The position numbers were made by a program, and so were the translations under genes. Below, piece after piece: positions 54,539 through 64,000 of a stretch of 64,000 bases of DNA. The notes under the pieces were generated by a model that did no database searches, had not been told where the DNA came from, and saw only the letters and a program-made list of their open reading frames with translations. Every line of letters begins with the position of its first letter. Positions within the stretch are counted from its first letter, which is position 1. The DNA comes from Bacteroidota bacterium (GTDB lineage Bacteria > Bacteroidota > Bacteroidia > Bacteroidales > FEN-979). The stretch lies in NCBI GenBank assembly GCA_037134895.1, contig JBAXLI010000006.1:38812-102811 (forward strand), in the 5' to 3' direction.

Positions 54539-55711
54539 CTATTTCCTGCTTAATTTTATCATGAGTACCTCATGAGCGCCCAGGTTCCCTTTTATATTTT
54601 CAGCAGATGAGCCAAGGTCTTTGTGCTTCCATAAATCCCTGACCAGGAAATTCGCATCGATGACGTACTTTTTAATGGTAGTCTTCAGGTCCTCGTTGAG
54701 TGTGACAGGCAGACTTCCCCGGTTAATGAAACAAAAGGCATAAGCTCCTCCATCGAGAGGCTTGAACCAGATCTCAAGGTCGGCATATTTCATCCATCGT
54801 ATCGCCGATATCCCCAGTTTATCCTGGTCAACAGCCAAAACCTCCCTGTTGGTCAGGATGGATACCGTTTCAGCCGACATTTTCCTCAAGTCATTACCTG
54901 CCATAAGAGGAGACGAAAACATTGCCCACATGCTAAGGTGCAGTCTTTCCTCTTCAGGAGTGAGTACGCCGTTGCCAACCTCGAGCATATCCGCATCGTT
55001 CCAGTGGCCCACACCGGTATAGCTGCCTATGTCGGTGAACTGATCGATAATCTGTAGCACACCACTTCCGCCCCAATAGTTTTTACAATCAAAACAGTTT
55101 ATGATATCTTCGGTCGACCTCCACAGGTGCCCGATATTTTTCGCCCATTCCCAGGGTTTTGTAGTCCCCCATTCGCAGATGCTGAAAACCACAGGTCTTC
55201 CTGCTTTGTAAAGGGCATCCCGCATTAGCGTGTAAGCAGCTTCCGAATTCTGTTTGCCGTGATTGCACCAATCATATTTCAGGTAGTCAACACCCCAGGC
55301 AGCATACGTCCTGGCATCCTGAAACTCATACCCCCTGCTGCCCGGCCTTCCCTGGCAGGTCGCAGTTCCTGCATCCGAATAAATCCCGAACTTCAGTCCC
55401 CTGGAATGAATGTAATCCCCCAGGCTTTTCATGCCCGAAGGGAATCTCTGGGGATCGGCAACAATGTTTCCCAGGGAATCCCTGCTGATCTGCCAGCAAT
55501 CATCGATCACGAGGTACAGGTATCCCGCATCCCGCATCCCCTTGCTGACCATTGAATCAGCCATCTCCCTGATAATTGTCTCGTTGATATCGCAGCCGAA
55601 TTTGTTCCAGCTGTTCCAGCCCATCGGAGGAGTCTTTGCCAGGTCCTCGAATTTTTGTGCAAACAGTCCTGTTGCAAAACATATAAGCACGATAAGAAGT
55701 TTCGTTTTCAT
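54539..55711 (-). CDS. alpha-galactosidase, GH27
   Basis: Signal peptide. PPMGWNSWNKFGCDINE, YLVIDDCW, VDYLKYDWC (nucleophile Asp block) and HWNDADMLEVGN (acid/base block). These are the canonical GH27 motifs. Confidence 0.9.
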   Translation of the reverse strand: MKTKLLIVLICFATGLFAQKFEDLAKTPPMGWNSWNKFGCDINETIIREMADSMVSKGMRDAGYLYLVIDDCWQISRDSLGNIVADPQRFPSGMKSLGDYIHSRGLKFGIYSDAGTATCQGRPGSRGYEFQDARTYAAWGVDYLKYDWCNHGKQNSEAAYTLMRDALYKAGRPVVFSICEWGTTKPWEWAKNIGHLWRSTEDIINCFDCKNYWGGSGVLQIIDQFTDIGSYTGVGHWNDADMLEVGNGVLTPEEERLHLSMWAMFSSPLMAGNDLRKMSAETVSILTNREVLAVDQDKLGISAIRWMKYADLEIWFKPLDGGAYAFCFINRGSLPVTLNEDLKTTIKKYVIDANFLVRDLWKHKDLGSSAENIKGNLGAHEVLMIKLSRK

Positions 55712-56149
55712 GGTATAAAGATAAAAAAAGGAAACCTGGGGGCAAAAAAAATCCAGGATTTACATTGTTGTTTTGATAGTATTATATCCAAAAAAAATGT
55801 TGACCATAACCAAAAATTCCGCCGATATCCCAGCCACCATCCAGGGCAAATCCATTAAAATCGAAATCAAATGGGGCAACGACCGCCAAAGTCCTGCCCA
55901 GCTAAACTATTGTTGACTGTGCAAACTATTCTGACCAATTATCTAACTTCAGAATCATTCCGGATTACCTGAAATTGGTTGATTTTATTGAAGAAATGTA
56001 ACTATCTCAAAATGTTACCCGCTCCCTGTCATATGCTGGTATAAAAGTTTTCTCCGGATCATCAAATCGACTTCCAAGCCGGAATTCTCTTTTAAAACCG
56101 CAGTTGACAGACTTTTGTACAATGTTTGATCTTGGGTTGTAGTGGAAAG

Positions 56150-56157
56150 TAACTTTG
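56150..56157 (+). promoter_or_regulatory. candidate -7 box TAACTTTG (TAnnTTTG)
   Basis: Exact consensus match. It overlaps the ORF-track TTG start (56155), so the coding start is more likely ATG 56167 or 56185. Confidence 0.4.
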
Positions 56158-56166
56158 TGTAATTTT

Positions 56167-57408
56167 ATGGGAGAATTTCCAGAAATGCTTTTATTTCTTT
56201 CGCTTGCCGGTATCATTCTATCTGTTATTCTGCTGGTTTTCAATGCCGGAAGTAACAAATCATCATGGTATCTGGGTGGATTTTTTTTCCTGATTAGTAT
56301 TTATGCTTTGACCTTTCATTTGTTTATTAATTCATATCCCGTTCTGATCCTTACCATTTTCTTTGTCCACGCCGACATCCTGTTTTACCTGATCGGGCCC
56401 TTGCTTTTTTGGTATATCAGAAGTGTGCTGACCGACAAGTCCCGTCTCCGGAGATCGGATCTTTGGCATCTTTTGCCGGCAATCATCTTTCTGTTCTCGG
56501 TAATTCCTTACTTGTTTCTCTCCTGGAATGAAAAAACGGCAAATGCTGCAATGCTGGCTTCCGACATTGGAAATTTAAAATATATCCGGACTTCCCTTCT
56601 GTATTCAGTGTTTCCCCCGAGACTGGTTTTTTTCAGCCGTCCCATGCTCATAACAGGATACGCAATTGGGTCTTCAGTCATCTTCATCCAGTGGCTGATA
56701 AACCGTAAAAACAGGACTGTTTTATCCCATCAACAGTACATGATCCCCTGGCTGACAGCGCTGCTGGGATTTGTACTAATCCTGACCATCAGCCACATTA
56801 TCGCGATGACGGTGGCTTACATTGCCCATGATCTGAAATTGTTCCTTACCCTGAGATTGCTGCATCTCTTTTCCGGTATCGGACTGACAGGGTTGCTGAT
56901 CTCTCTAATGTTTTTTCCCTCCATCCTTTATGGGATGCCCAGGATCCCCGGAGCCAGCCCTGCCGGTGCACCGCCGGTTCCCAACCCGGTTCCGGGTCCC
57001 AAACTGTTGTCCCGGATTCAGGAAGAGCCAGCAAAACCAGATTTTGAGGCTGATTACCTGCAGGAAATCGGGCGCACTCTGGATGAATGTATGGAAAAGT
57101 TACAACCCTACCTGCAAAACGATTGCAATCTGGCATACATGGCGAAACTCACCGGGATTCCAGCCCATCACCTTGCATATTATTTTCGGGAAGAACGTCG
57201 GCAGCCTTTCAACGAATATCGAAACTTTTGGCGTATTCAACATGCCAAAAAGCTGATCAGGGAAGGCAAGACCAGGGAACTGACCCTGGAAGCCATCGGT
57301 CTGCTTTCGGGATTTTCCACTCGTAACACGTTTTACAAAGCGTTCCTGAAGTCAGAGGGGTATCCTCCCAGCACTTTTGCTGATAAGGAGAGTGGGAAAA
57401 AGGAATAG
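56167..57408 (+). CDS. membrane-anchored AraC/XylS-family transcriptional regulator
   Basis: About 7 predicted TM helices over the first ~260 aa. A Pro-rich linker (PRIPGASPAGAPPVPNPVPGP). A C-terminal AraC HTH pair (LAYMAKLTGIPAHHLAYYFRE...LTLEAIGLLSGFSTRNTFYKAFLKSEGYPPSTF). Confidence 0.8.
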   Translation: MGEFPEMLLFLSLAGIILSVILLVFNAGSNKSSWYLGGFFFLISIYALTFHLFINSYPVLILTIFFVHADILFYLIGPLLFWYIRSVLTDKSRLRRSDLWHLLPAIIFLFSVIPYLFLSWNEKTANAAMLASDIGNLKYIRTSLLYSVFPPRLVFFSRPMLITGYAIGSSVIFIQWLINRKNRTVLSHQQYMIPWLTALLGFVLILTISHIIAMTVAYIAHDLKLFLTLRLLHLFSGIGLTGLLISLMFFPSILYGMPRIPGASPAGAPPVPNPVPGPKLLSRIQEEPAKPDFEADYLQEIGRTLDECMEKLQPYLQNDCNLAYMAKLTGIPAHHLAYYFREERRQPFNEYRNFWRIQHAKKLIREGKTRELTLEAIGLLSGFSTRNTFYKAFLKSEGYPPSTFADKESGKKE

Positions 57409-57564
57409 GGATCCGGGCTTGGCTTTACATCTCCTTTTCTGTATGTTTTTTCAAAAACGATACAACTTGATCTTGGCGGGTTTTTACTGGTATCCGGTAC
57501 TCTGCTTTCTTTGTTCCCCTAATTAGAATTTTTGTTACTAATCAGTGGGTAAAAAAATCGCAAA

Positions 57565-60500
57565 ATGACAACAGTTTTCCAGAATAAAAGATCTGCAGGA
57601 ATGAAGTATGCTGTACTATTAACATTAAGCATCTTTCTTTCGTTGAGCTTGAAAGCTTCCACAATAATTTATGTTAATTCTTCCGCAACCGGAAGTAATA
57701 ACGGCACGAGTTGGGCAAATGCTTACACTTCGTTTCAATCTGCATTGAATGGAGCAGTAAGCGGAGATCAAATCTGGGTATCTAAAGGAACGTATAAACC
57801 CTCCTATGACTATGGTATGGGAGGAGGTTCGCGGTATTACCACTTTGAAATGATTGAAGGAGTGGCCATCTACGGAGGTTTTGCCGGCACGGAATCATCG
57901 GTCAGTCAACGGGCAAATTATCAGCTTGGAGAAGTGAATGAAACTGTCCTGAGCGGCGACCTTGCAGGCAATGATATCTGGGATTGTTCATTTTATGACC
58001 CCTGGGTGGGAGCTATTAAAGGCACTACCGGCACTGATAATTGTTATCATGTGATATACAATCCTGTTTCAAGGGGATTGACTTCCAATGCTGTAATTGA
58101 TGGTTTTACAATTACCGGCGGGAATGCAAATTATTACCAAAATACCTCTCCGCATATAAAAGGGGGTGGAATGTATAATAGCCAAGCATCACCAACAATC
58201 AGAAACTGTACGTTTACGAAAAACCAGGCTTATATTGCAATAGAAGGTTCCGGTGAAGCTATGGCTTTGGGTAGTTGCATATTTAATGACATTTCTAATC
58301 CAAGCATTTCAAATTGTTTGTTTACTAATAATTTTGATCATACATCAACAATATGGTGTCAAAATGGCGGGATAACCATGTCAAATTGTACAATAACTCA
58401 TAATTATAGCTGGATAGATGACTCCGGAGTATATATATTACAAAATATGATCACCTCATCTATAACAAATTGTACTTTCTCTTATAATAATGGGCCTGGA
58501 TATGGCACTGCATTAACAACCGATTATGCCAATAACCTTACAATAAGCGGTTGCTCTTTTATTGGTAATACAGCCAGATATTATTATAACGACAGCTATG
58601 GTGTAGGAGTTGTTTGTAATTTAAATTCTACTAATATTAATATAACAAATTGTAATTTTAGTTCTAATGATATTAATAATTTGAGTGGTACTGTAGGAGA
58701 GGGAGGAGCCATATATAATGGAGGAGTTGATTGCGAAAATATAAATATAAGCAATTGTGTTTTCAGCAACAATAAAGCATCTCATGGAGGAGCAATAGCT
58801 ATCTCTTCAGCCACTTGTACCGTTACCAATTCATCTTTTTCAAACAATATAGCCACAGTGGCCGGTGGTGCAGCAATATGTTACAAGCGTGAATCTCTGG
58901 ATGATTATTCAGGTTATATTGTATTTGATAATTGCGCTTTTTGGAACAACACATCACCAATAGGCAATGAATTTTACAGTGACGGACACGATGCATCTCA
59001 TAATTGTAAAATAGAAATTAATTATTCATGCTTTCCGAATGGTACAGGGGACCTTGTAACGGCAAATGGCGGGGAAATAGTTGCCACAAACCACAATATA
59101 CATTCGAATCCCTTGTTTTTCAACCGCAGCAATAACGACCTGCGTTTAACTACCAACTCGCCCTGCATAAATGCCGGAAATAACGCTTACAATACTGCTT
59201 CTACAGATATTCGTGGGCAAGCACGCATTCAGAACGTTACTATAGATATGGGCGCTTATGAATGGACTGAAGGCGTTGACCCGAGATTAGCCATCTATGT
59301 GAAATATAATGCAACAGGAAATAACGATGGCACATCATGGGCGGATGCTTATACTTCGTTTCAATCGGCATTGAATACCGCAATAGCTAACGATGACATT
59401 TATATTGCCAGAGGAACGTACAAACCAAGCTCAGCGTATACTCTGACCAATACTCCACGCTATTACCATTTTGAATTAAAAAATAATGTGGGCATCTATG
59501 GCGGTTTTGCCGGAACAGAAACATCGGTGAGTCAGCGAACCGGTTTCGGTTACGGTGGCGCGAATGAAACCATTTTGAGCGGCGACATTGGAACACCTGG
59601 CGTAAATACGGATAATTGTCTGCATGTTTTTTATAATCCAAGTACCGGCATTACGAATACGGCATTGTTAGATGGTGTTACAATTACGGGTGGAAATGCA
59701 AATAATGCTTCTATTAATGAAGAAAAACGTGGCGGAGCTATATACATGTCAGGCAATTCACCGACTTTTTCAAATGTGGTTGTTACCGGCAATTATGCTA
59801 TTTTTGGCGGTGGCGCTTGTAATAACAACTCATCCGCTAAATATAACAACTGCTTGTTTTTCAATAACAATGCAGATTATGGCGGAGCCGTCATGAACTT
59901 CGGTTCCAATTTAGTGGCATTTAATAATTGTACATTTTATGGCAATACCGCTACTACCCACGGAGGAGGTGTTGACCACTCTAGTTCATCACCGTCGTAC
60001 AATAACTGTATTTTTTGGGGTAATACCTCTGCTACCGGAAATCAAATATATGGGTACCTTTCCAGTACCATTACCTTGAATTATTCTTGCTTTTCAAATA
60101 GTTCAAACGATATTGCAACTGAAACGAGTGCATCATCTGTACAAACAACAAATAATGACATTACTTCCAATCCGTTGTTCGTAAATCCCGCAGGCAATGA
60201 TTTTCGTCTTTATGGCAATTCCCCCAGTGTAAACACCGGAAACAACGGCTACAATGCGCTTTCTACTGACATTCGCGGTCAGGCTCGTATCCAAAATACA
60301 ACCATTGATATGGGAGCGTATGAATGGACAAGCGGCCTTGACCCTGCATCATTAATTACCTGGACTGGTGCGCTCACAACCAATTGGAACACAGCCGGGA
60401 ACTGGAGTCCGGCTTCAGTACCACTCGCAACTGATGATGTTTTAATTCCTGATGTTACCAATGATCCGACAGTAAACGAAGCACCAACAAGTCCGGCGGT

Positions 60501-61920
60501 TTGTAGAAATCTTACTGTCCAATCGGGTTCAACATTGACTATAGCGGCAGGAAAAGCGCTTACTGTAAACGGAGACCTTACCAACAATAACAGCAATGAC
60601 GGGCTGATACTTGAAAGTGATGATCACGGCACAGGTTCCCTTATCCATAACAGCAGTAACGTTGCTGCTACCGTTGAAAGTTATATTACCGGTAGTGCCA
60701 TATATACAAGTATGAAATATCATTTTGTTTCTATCCCGACGCATTATGCAAGTCCCACTTCAAATCTTTTTTTTGGTTCTTATCTCTATAAACTTGACGC
60801 AACACAGCTTGAAGGAGCTGATTATGGGAAATGGGTTGATCTTGGTAGTTCAACAACGACAGGACTGAGCAACGCAAGCGGCTATATGATCTACTACCCT
60901 GAGTCATCTCATACATATACCTTCGATGGTAGCCTGAACAACGGGGATTTTCCAACGACGGTAATTGGTCATACCGGAGCATATACTTACAACCTGATCC
61001 CTAATCCGTATCCTTCAGCCATCAATTGGGGAGAAGCCAGCGGATGGACGAAATCTGCCGGCATCGGGGGTTCCATTTACATCTTCAGCGCTTCAACAGG
61101 GAACTATACCACACTTACCGGAACAGCAAATATCCCCATGGGTCAGGCATTCATTGTTCTGGACTATAATGAGGCATCCCCTTCAGTAACCATTAAAAAT
61201 GCTGCCAGGGTACATAGCAGCCAGGCATTCTACAAATCAGCAGAATTAAAGAAAAATCGGTTGGTTATATCTGCCTCCTCCAACAATTATTACGATGAGA
61301 CAGTGGTTGCGTTTGACCCTGAGGCTACTGAGGGATTCGACCTGCCTACCGATGGGATGAAACTTGCAGGAATTGCTGAAGCACCGCAGCTTTCCACACT
61401 GGCAGGTGGTCATAACCTCAGCATAAATACGCTTCCTCCATTTCAGAATGAAGTCATTGTCCCTATGGAATTTGAAACTGAATACAGCGGTCCGGTTACC
61501 TTTAACGCCTCGGACATGAACTCCTTCGATAACCTCGTCTCCATTTACCTTGAGGACCGTGAACTCGGCAACATTATCAACCTGAGGCAAGATCCCTTGT
61601 ACACCTTCAATTACCAGGCAGGTAGCGCCAAAGATCGTTTCAAATTGCGGTTTAACGGGACGATCGGGATAAATGAGACATCTGCAACGGTTGAAGGCAG
61701 GGCCTTCATAAGCAATGGCAGATTATACCTGGACATACCATCCATGCAGGGACAGCTTACCCAAATCAATGTGTATAATACACTGGGACAGGTCATCCGC
61801 AGTGAAGATCAAATGATCACCAGCATAATTAACCTGGAAGCCTCATTTTCAAAAGGCGTGTACATCGTTCACGCTTCATCGGCAGACAAACATTTTGTAA
61901 TAAAAGTCATTAACAAATAA
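57565..61920 (+). CDS. giant T9SS-secreted parallel beta-helix (Pmp-like / choice-of-anchor-type) surface protein with internal duplication
   Basis: Signal peptide (probably from M13 at 57601: MKYAVLLTLSIFLSLSLKA). Two homologous modules each start IYV..ATG.N.GTSWA.AYTSFQSAL and end DIRGQARIQN.TIDMGAYEWT. GGAIY / FxxN-type coils occur throughout. C-terminal T9SS CTD: LTQINVYNTLGQVIRSE...GVYIVHASSADKHFVIKVINK. Confidence 0.85.
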   Translation: MTTVFQNKRSAGMKYAVLLTLSIFLSLSLKASTIIYVNSSATGSNNGTSWANAYTSFQSALNGAVSGDQIWVSKGTYKPSYDYGMGGGSRYYHFEMIEGVAIYGGFAGTESSVSQRANYQLGEVNETVLSGDLAGNDIWDCSFYDPWVGAIKGTTGTDNCYHVIYNPVSRGLTSNAVIDGFTITGGNANYYQNTSPHIKGGGMYNSQASPTIRNCTFTKNQAYIAIEGSGEAMALGSCIFNDISNPSISNCLFTNNFDHTSTIWCQNGGITMSNCTITHNYSWIDDSGVYILQNMITSSITNCTFSYNNGPGYGTALTTDYANNLTISGCSFIGNTARYYYNDSYGVGVVCNLNSTNINITNCNFSSNDINNLSGTVGEGGAIYNGGVDCENINISNCVFSNNKASHGGAIAISSATCTVTNSSFSNNIATVAGGAAICYKRESLDDYSGYIVFDNCAFWNNTSPIGNEFYSDGHDASHNCKIEINYSCFPNGTGDLVTANGGEIVATNHNIHSNPLFFNRSNNDLRLTTNSPCINAGNNAYNTASTDIRGQARIQNVTIDMGAYEWTEGVDPRLAIYVKYNATGNNDGTSWADAYTSFQSALNTAIANDDIYIARGTYKPSSAYTLTNTPRYYHFELKNNVGIYGGFAGTETSVSQRTGFGYGGANETILSGDIGTPGVNTDNCLHVFYNPSTGITNTALLDGVTITGGNANNASINEEKRGGAIYMSGNSPTFSNVVVTGNYAIFGGGACNNNSSAKYNNCLFFNNNADYGGAVMNFGSNLVAFNNCTFYGNTATTHGGGVDHSSSSPSYNNCIFWGNTSATGNQIYGYLSSTITLNYSCFSNSSNDIATETSASSVQTTNNDITSNPLFVNPAGNDFRLYGNSPSVNTGNNGYNALSTDIRGQARIQNTTIDMGAYEWTSGLDPASLITWTGALTTNWNTAGNWSPASVPLATDDVLIPDVTNDPTVNEAPTSPAVCRNLTVQSGSTLTIAAGKALTVNGDLTNNNSNDGLILESDDHGTGSLIHNSSNVAATVESYITGSAIYTSMKYHFVSIPTHYASPTSNLFFGSYLYKLDATQLEGADYGKWVDLGSSTTTGLSNASGYMIYYPESSHTYTFDGSLNNGDFPTTVIGHTGAYTYNLIPNPYPSAINWGEASGWTKSAGIGGSIYIFSASTGNYTTLTGTANIPMGQAFIVLDYNEASPSVTIKNAARVHSSQAFYKSAELKKNRLVISASSNNYYDETVVAFDPEATEGFDLPTDGMKLAGIAEAPQLSTLAGGHNLSINTLPPFQNEVIVPMEFETEYSGPVTFNASDMNSFDNLVSIYLEDRELGNIINLRQDPLYTFNYQAGSAKDRFKLRFNGTIGINETSATVEGRAFISNGRLYLDIPSMQGQLTQINVYNTLGQVIRSEDQMITSIINLEASFSKGVYIVHASSADKHFVIKVINK

Positions 61921-61934
61921 CAATCCCCCCGGAT

Positions 61935-62174
61935 ATGAAAAAGTCCATTTATCTCTCGTTGATTGCAGTTCTGTTATGTCTGAGCGTTCCCGTTCTGGCC
62001 GATGGTCCACCTCCTCCCCCATCAGATCCTGGTAGTGGCGGCGGCGGCCCGGTTGGCGCCCCCATCGACGGCGGACTCGGCATCCTTTTGGTTATGGGCG
62101 TGGTCTATGGAGGCAAGAAACTGTATAAGGCAAGGAAAAAAGACAAAATGGACGAACCGGCGACGGAGGATTGA
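61935..62174 (+). CDS. 79-aa exported mini-protein: signal peptide, Pro/Gly linker, TM helix, Lys/Arg-rich tail
   Basis: MKKSIYLSLIAVLLCLSVPVLA / DGPPPPPSDPGSGGGGPVGAPIDGG / LGILLVMGVVYGG / KKLYKARKKDKMDEPATED. It starts 15 nt after the giant gene's stop. The alternative overlapping frames have no such organisation. Confidence 0.55.
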   Translation: MKKSIYLSLIAVLLCLSVPVLADGPPPPPSDPGSGGGGPVGAPIDGGLGILLVMGVVYGGKKLYKARKKDKMDEPATED

Positions 62175-62392
62175 CATTTCTAAAGACAATAACGTGGACA
62201 GGCCGCTGTCAGTGACCACCCTCTGCCGACTTTAATTGACCACATTACCATATTAGCAATCAATAAAATGAGATTGTCAAGTCGTTCCGGCAAAGGCTGG
62301 TCAAAATCGGCATTTCTTCCAACTTAAGTCATTTTGGTTTTAATATCAGAGTCCCTTCAGCATTAATATTGTTAATGATAAAAGTACAGGAT

Positions 62393-62419
62393 AAACCAAA
62401 TCTCCTTGGTTTTTATTTT
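62393..62419 (+). terminator. weak candidate terminator hairpin
   Basis: aaaccaa / ttggttt 7-bp AT-rich stem with loop atctcc, followed by ttatttt. It lies 220 nt downstream of the 79-aa gene. Confidence 0.3.
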
Positions 62420-62487
62420 CTAAATATTTATTTTTACCTGAATGATTTTTCCAATTTATTGAACCTTCATGTTTTTATTCTCATCAT

Positions 62488-64000
62488 ATGAATCCCGAGA
62501 AGAAGAAAAAAGAAGAACCAGTCAATGAAGTCGGTGTGTCGAAATTAGAACTGGTTCAGGTGCAAGCCAGCCTGGAAGAGTGCAAGGCTGCATTAGCAGC
62601 AACAATGTTTAATCTGGGGGAACGACGAAAGGAACTGCACTGCCAGAATATGATGTCTGAGATCTTCTCTGACCTCTCTCTTGAACTCGATGAAATTTGT
62701 GTCAAAGTCCTGGAACAGATACCCCCGGCATGGCAGTTCCCCGAAAAGACGGGAGCCATGATTACCTTGGAAGGCAAGGTCTTCAAGACTCCCGGCTATC
62801 AGGCAAAAAGTCCGCAACTTGAGCACGATATTGTTGCAGACAGTATTGCAGTGGGCAAGGTTTTGATCAGTTTAATATATGAAAAATCAAAAGATGCGGC
62901 AGATCCGTTCCTTCCGGAGGAAAGTGAACTTATTAAGTCAATTGCACTAAGGCTGGGTAACGTCATTGCGTTAAAAAAACGGGAGATGGCGCGGCGTAAA
63001 GGTGAAGCCCTGTATCATTCCATCCTCTCAGCCTCCCCCGATGTCATTACCATTACTGATCTGGAAGGGAAGATCCTGTTTTCTTCAGAACGGGCAGTGA
63101 AAATGTTTGGTGCCTCCAGTTCCGAGGACTTTCCCGGGCATAAAATGTTTGAATATATTGATCCACTGGATCATGAACGGGCTTCTGGTGAAATTGCAAA
63201 GATGCTGGCAGGCCAGCTTGCAGGCGCTGCAGAATATACTGCTTTGAGGGCGGATGGGAATAAATTCGATATCGAAGTTAACGGCGAATTTATCAGGAAT
63301 GAGAATGGTCTACCGGTTCAGATGATCTTTGTCACGCGTGATATTACCGACAGGAAAAATGCGGAACGCAAACTAGCCCGCACAGAAGAGCGATTCAAAG
63401 GCATGATCGAGAATCTTAATGACGTGGTCTATGAGATTTCTATCGATGGAACGGTAACCTATGTAAGCCCGTCGATAGAGCGATTTGTGGGTTATAAACC
63501 CGAAGAGCTTGTTGGCAGAAACTTTTTTAGTTATATGCATGAGGACGATAGGGCGCTCATCAGGCAAAAACTGGAGGACATCGTCAATAAGGATCACGAT
63601 TTTCTTGAATACCGCTATTACGCTAAAAATGGCGGGATAAAGTGGGTCAGGTCCTCAACTACTCCAATTTATGAAGACGGCAAGTTGACAGGTGGCAGGG
63701 GTGTTCTCATTGATGTGACCGAGAGGAAACACACTGAAAATGCCCTAAGGGAGAGTGAAATGCTTTACAAGAGCCTCGTTAACACCCAGACCAATTATGT
63801 GTTAAGGACTGATCTCCATGGGAAGCATACGTATTGGAACCGGAAATTTGAGGAGGAATTCGGATGGATTTATTATAAACAAGGTATTGCAAATGCCGAT
63901 TCTATGCAGTCAATTTGCGATTACCATCACCAACGAACAGTGGAAGTTGTGAATGAATGCCTTTGCAGTCCCGGCAAGATAGTAAAAGTAGAACTTGATA
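62488..64000 (+). CDS. multi-PAS sensor protein, N-terminal part (gene continues past the right edge)
   Basis: ATG 62488 opens a stop-free frame to the window end and is absent from the ORF track because it is open-ended: MNPEKKKKEEPVNEVGVSKLELVQ... At least three PAS-like units are present (ILSASPDVITITDLEGKILFSSERAVKMFG...; FKGMIENLNDVVYEISIDGTVTYVSPSIERFVGYKPEELVGRNF...; YKSLVNTQTNYVLRTDLHGKHTYWNRKFEEEFG...), each separated by the RDITDRK/DVTERK linker typical of PAS arrays. Confidence 0.8.
   Translation, partial: MNPEKKKKEEPVNEVGVSKLELVQVQASLEECKAALAATMFNLGERRKELHCQNMMSEIFSDLSLELDEICVKVLEQIPPAWQFPEKTGAMITLEGKVFKTPGYQAKSPQLEHDIVADSIAVGKVLISLIYEKSKDAADPFLPEESELIKSIALRLGNVIALKKREMARRKGEALYHSILSASPDVITITDLEGKILFSSERAVKMFGASSSEDFPGHKMFEYIDPLDHERASGEIAKMLAGQLAGAAEYTALRADGNKFDIEVNGEFIRNENGLPVQMIFVTRDITDRKNAERKLARTEERFKGMIENLNDVVYEISIDGTVTYVSPSIERFVGYKPEELVGRNFFSYMHEDDRALIRQKLEDIVNKDHDFLEYRYYAKNGGIKWVRSSTTPIYEDGKLTGGRGVLIDVTERKHTENALRESEMLYKSLVNTQTNYVLRTDLHGKHTYWNRKFEEEFGWIYYKQGIANADSMQSICDYHHQRTVEVVNECLCSPGKIVKVELD

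Noticed and set aside
55712-56149. The 440-bp non-coding gap between the GH27 and AraC genes, examined for tRNA, sRNA or small genes
   Set aside because: There is no tRNA-like T-arm or acceptor pattern. I found only a 5-bp hairpin, a duplicated AAACTATT word and a 39-aa ORF (55797..55916) with no supporting features. That is insufficient for any call beyond a promoter region.
62002-62235. Overlapping alternative-frame ORFs (62002..62235 + and 62022..62219 -)
   Set aside because: They are frame shadows of the GC-rich Pro/Gly segment of the 79-aa gene. Only the 61935 frame has the signal peptide, TM helix and basic tail organisation.

Overview
This is a Bacteroidota-type chromosomal window. 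The evidence is SusC/SusD machinery, four proteins with T9SS C-terminal sorting domains, many lipoproteins and TAnnTTTG -7 promoter boxes. I saw no rRNA, tRNA, CRISPR array, transposase or phage gene. About 30 kb (4.9-35.5 kb) is one very large alpha-glucan (starch/glycogen/maltodextrin) utilisation locus. It starts with a 12-gene co-directional operon: GH13_8 branching enzyme, MFS, a dead S9-peptidase-like lipoprotein, GH77 MalQ, a SusA-like GH13, a second MFS, an esterase, two GH13, a GH127-like enzyme, another GH13 and a second esterase. A convergent susC-susD-susE/F-like unit follows, then a divergent pair of T9SS-secreted proteins (a 947-aa GH13 and a binding-module protein). Downstream lie pepE, an 890-aa secreted helical protein and a 4-gene RND efflux operon (MFP-RND-OMF-porin). 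After these come a DUF481-like OMP, a TPR protein paired with a caspase-fold protein whose catalytic dyad is substituted, and a cluster of paralogous lipoproteins. The window ends with a GH27 alpha-galactosidase, a membrane-anchored AraC regulator, a 1451-aa internally duplicated beta-helix T9SS protein, a 79-aa mini-protein that looks like a bare sorting signal, and a truncated multi-PAS sensor. Two things stand out. (1) The SusD homologue has a tandem SusE/F-type starch-binding module inserted in the middle of its fold, clearly paralogous to the neighbouring susE/F-like gene. (2) Short tandem-repeat arrays (heptamers AACCAAC, CCCTAAT, TTACGAA and a 12-mer) sit directly against start codons. 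Three of them create 64-87 nt stretches with no G on the sense strand that end at the ATG. All family calls come from motif recognition by eye, and no searches were run.
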